The notes under the pieces were generated by a model. It was not told the DNA's origin. It saw only the letters and a list, made by a program, of their open reading frames with translations, and did no database searches. The position numbers and the translations under genes are program-made. From the NCBI GenBank assembly GCA_012862495.1, contig BLSG01000260.1, positions 87,745 to 151,744 of the forward strand: DNA of 64,000 bases, given 5' to 3'. Of the stretch, positions 60,357-64,000 are shown piece by piece; position 1 is the first letter of the stretch; each line of letters opens with the position of its first letter. The DNA is from Thraustochytrium aureum (taxonomy: Eukaryota).

Positions 60357-63300
60357 ATGGACTCGGTCGCGTCGCTGGGCGACGCAGCGCCTGCCCACCG
60401 CTCCAGGTCGGAGAGGCTCCGCAACGGCGTGCGGAACGGGCTTTCTCATGCGGTGCAAGGAATGCAGGCATGGCGCAGGCCCCAGGAAGCTGCGGGCCCC
60501 GAGGCTGTCGAGACGAGGAGCTCGGCAAACCCCATGTTTGACGCCGAATCCGGCGCCAAAGTGCGCGCGTTCAATGGCGACCACATGTACGAGGACGACG
60601 AGGAAGACGCGTACGCCGACAAGCGGTGCGGCCGGTGCCGCAGGTGCTGCTTTGGAAGCCGGCGCCGGCGCTTGATCTACTTTACCGTTTCGACGATCCT
60701 CATTGCCCTCTTCGCCTTCCTGGGGGTGCGCATCTCGCAGGCGCTCGACCTGACCAACACCAAGCCAAGCTTTTCCAAGGTCCAGCTCGGGTCCATGTGC
60801 TCCAACTCGTTCTCGTTCAAGGTTCAGGGCACGCTGGACAACCCGGCCGTCGTCGGCGCCACGCTCAAGGCCACGCGCAGCGCGATCCGCATCGAGGACG
60901 GCATCGTTGGCTACCTCAACACGCCCGACATCGTCGTCGGATCGGGTTCCTCGCCCCTCAGCCTCGACGGCTCGTTCGAAATTTGCGACGAGTGCCTCGG
61001 CCCGTTGCGCACCGCCATGCAGCGCTGGTTCGACGGGGAGCGGATCGACTACAAGCTGAAACTGGATATCACGGCCCAGTTCGACGCGTCCGTGTTCCTC
61101 GTGCCCGTCAGCTTCTCTACCTCGCTCGAGTTTGACACCTTTCTCGAGTCGTACTTTGACGCCACCCTGACGCGCGAGGAGCGCGAGCAGCTGGCGCTCG
61201 AGGCTGCCATGAAAGGCGAGGGCATTCTTTCCACGGTGGCACTCGTCGCCGCTGGCGACGAGGTCGTGGAGGCGCGCCTTGGCCTCAACATGACCCGCGA
61301 AGAGCCCGACGAGGAGACCAAGCGTCGCAACGAAGAAGAGGGGTTCGGCAACTATGAAATGGCCATCGAGGTTCCCTCGCTCTCGTTTCGCGCCAAGGTG
61401 GCCGGCGCGGAAGTCGCTGTTGGCGCGAGCCAGCCGTTCACCTTTGGGGGCAAGGACCTCCTCAGCGCTGGTGTGCGTCTCACGTGGGCCCACGTCGCCG
61501 CCGTCAACGACGCGCTCGTGCTCTATCAGGAGCAATCCGACATCCCCTTCTCAGTGGTCGGTGACGATCAGGCCGAGCTCCTGCCCGGGGAAGGCGACTG
61601 CTTTCTCCAGGAATTGGTGCAGGGCGTCGAGATCCGGAACACGCTCGAGTTTTATGACTCAGTTATCGCCTACGAGGCCGAAAAGGCCAAAACCAAGCCC
61701 GCGCTTGCCGCGCTCGAGGGTCTCCGCCTCGACAGCGTCGACGAGGAGGGCGTTCTCGCCATGGCCACCGACATCAACGTGCAAGGCACGCTCGACTTTT
61801 ACAGCTTCGAGGGGAAGATCCCGCCGCTCAACGTGAGCATCGCGGTCAACAGCACGTCCCCAGAGGCGCGCGAGTCGATCGGCAGCGTGTCGCTCACGAC
61901 CGGTCTCGAGATATCGCAGCGCGGGTCGGCCTCAATCTCTGACGTGGGCCTCGCGATCGACCTCGACAACGCGACGCTCATCTACGCCTTCGCCGAGCAA
62001 GCCACCGGGCTGGCGGGCGACTTTACGCCCTTTGTGTTCGCCGCGGTGCAGCCCGACACGCTGCTCGGCGCCCTGCTGCAGACCTACGAAGTTGCTCTCC
62101 CGTTCAACGAGGCTGAGAGCGCCTTGGCTGGGGCCGCCGCCGCCTCGTGCAGAGCTCTGCAGCTCGCGGAGAGGCGCAGCCTGTTGGCTCGCCGGACGCC
62201 ACCATTTTCTTCCAGGTCACCGACGAGTACATGCAGCTCGAGCTTGGCCTGGCTGGCGTAACCAAAGAGCACACCTTTGGTTACGAGCTCGCCTTTGACG
62301 CCTTCAACTTTACCCTTTCTGCGTTCCCTTTCGGCAACGCGGACTCCAATACGACCGTGGACTTCTTCAACGTGGCCATGAACGACTTTGATCTGCGCAC
62401 CAACGACTCTGCCAACATCACGCTCTCGCTGCGGCTCTTCGACGACCTCTACGAGGGAGCCATGGTGATCGACCTCATCGACCGGNNNNNNNNNNNNNNN
62501 NNNNNNNNNNNNNNNNNNNNNNNNNNNNNNNNNNNNNNNNNNNNNNNNNNNNNNNNNNNNNNNNNNNNNNNNNNNNNNNNNNNNNNNNNNNNNNNNNNNN
62601 NNNNNNNNNNNNNNNNNNNNNNNNNNNNNNNNNNNNNNNNNNNNNNNNNNNNNNNNNNNNNNNNNNNNNNNNNNNNNNNNNTTACGGCCTCGTCGGCCTT
62701 GCCCGCACGCGTAATGTGCTTCGCAAGGCCAACTGGGCCGAGCTCGGCGGTAGCACCGGCACCCCCGTCGAGGGGTCTGCTGTCGACGGCGTCCTGGCGA
62801 TCCGCCACTTTGAGATCGACGGCCTCTACACGAACGTGATCCAGCTCACCTCCGCGTTTTCGTTCAACATTGCCAACCTTGTCGCGGACGTGACGCTGCC
62901 CGCGCTCGCCCTGTCTGTTGCTGACTGCTCCGTTGAGAGCCAGGCCTCCCAACACCTCGTCAGTATCGTTTCGCAGGCCACGGCAATCAGCATCGGGGTC
63001 GAGGGCAAGGACGTGAACGAGGTTACCATCAACCTGGACTTTGCCGACACGCAGTCAGAGCAGCTCCTCGCCTCCGCCGCGACCTGGGTCGCCGGCAATG
63101 CGTCAAAGGTCTGCATTGAGCCGCACCCCGACGAGTCCAAGGCGGACTTTCTCTCGTCCCTCATCGCTGCATTCAACATCCAAGTCCAGCTTGTCGGCCT
63201 CGACGAGGACACGAAAGAGGACGCCGACGGCGTGGCCGAGACCTCGCAACTCGATCTCCGCATCGTGGCTGACGACCGCTCGCTCTGCACCGCGGTCCAA

Positions 63301-64000
63301 GTCAACCTCACGGAGGCCAACGCGGCCTGGGACACGTCGTTCGGTTGGGGCGCCCTCGAATGGTCCATGCTGGAGCAGGGCACGGGCAACCAGTTTTTTA
63401 CATGGCGGGCTCCCGACGCCTTTATCGGCGGGACGTGCGCCTCGCCCTGGGCCACGCCCGAGTCTTGCGCGGACAATGTCGTCTCGTTCAGCTTTTGCCT
63501 CGAGACCAACAACATCGCCGATCTGGACGCTGGGGCGACCGCCGTGCGCCAGCTAGCAGAGCGGATCGTCATCGACCAGCTTGCAGTCCCCGTCCAGGTC
63601 GCGGGCTACTCGACCAACCGCCGCAACGCCACCGAGGGACGGATCCCGATTGCGGCGACATTCACGCTCCCGAAGAACGCAATCGACACGCTCACGGGCG
63701 TCGTGCCCGACAGCTCAAGCGAGGCCTTCGCGGTCAGCACCTACATCGACGCGGTTCGCATCGTATCGCTCCTTGGCCCCGTCGCGCAGCTCGCGGTGGA
63801 GCCCACCACAGGGCCTGGCACGTTTGCCCAGATTTCGCTCACCCTGCCGAGGCTTCGTGCCGCGATCGAGACCGAGCTGAGAGGAGCGACCTCGACCGTC
63901 GCGCAAGCCACGGTTGCGCTTCCCGAGCGCTCGACCAGCCTGAACGCCAGCGTAATGGTCGCGCTGACGTCTTGGGCGGCCCTGTTCGAAGCTGCCATCC
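60357..64000 (+). CDS. Large type II membrane protein with repeated beta-rich (LEA_2/DUF3712-like) ectodomain, 3' partial
   Basis: NPMF motif, Cys/Arg cluster, one TM (LIYFTVSTILIALFAFLGV), then FKVQGTLDNPAVVGATL and a long acidic beta-strand-rich sequence with many N-x-S/T sites. Frameshift near 62145, gap 62486-62680, open at the window end. Confidence 0.6.

Noticed and set aside
1..64000. tRNA, rRNA, snRNA genes and transposases
   Set aside because: None recognised by eye. A tRNAscan-SE/Infernal run is needed to exclude them, and roughly 6 kb of the window is N.

Overview
GC-rich, gene-dense, intron-poor eukaryotic scaffold with 14 N-gaps. One clear GT-AG spliceosomal intron (VDAC) and ciliary genes (IFT81, CFAP221) point to a flagellated protist. 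A stramenopile such as a labyrinthulomycete is plausible but is inference only. About 22 protein-coding loci are recognisable: divergent PP2A-A-like HEAT protein, TmcB-like PAS membrane protein, FAN1, VDAC, a giant IQ/Sfi1-like/jacalin protein, CFAP221, RNF32-like, aldo-keto reductase, RBR E3 ligase, tandem Gfo/Idh/MocA dehydrogenase, quinone oxidoreductase, PCNX4-like, AP2 factor, SAM methyltransferase fragment, mitochondrial ClpB/Hsp78, sulfotransferase, 2OG-Fe(II) dioxygenase, group II truncated haemoglobin, EI24, IFT81 and membrane proteins of unknown function. Many genes are broken by single-base indels, mostly in short homopolymers, which I read as sequencing error. The most notable observation is that correcting two such indels joins a signal-peptide-bearing 2OG-Fe(II) dioxygenase, a transmembrane helix and a truncated globin into one ~570-aa ORF (49882-51592, minus strand). 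Second is a non-coding ~110-bp constant/variable repeat array with palindromic motifs between the divergent EI24 and IFT81 genes. All family calls come from motif recognition by eye, with no database search.
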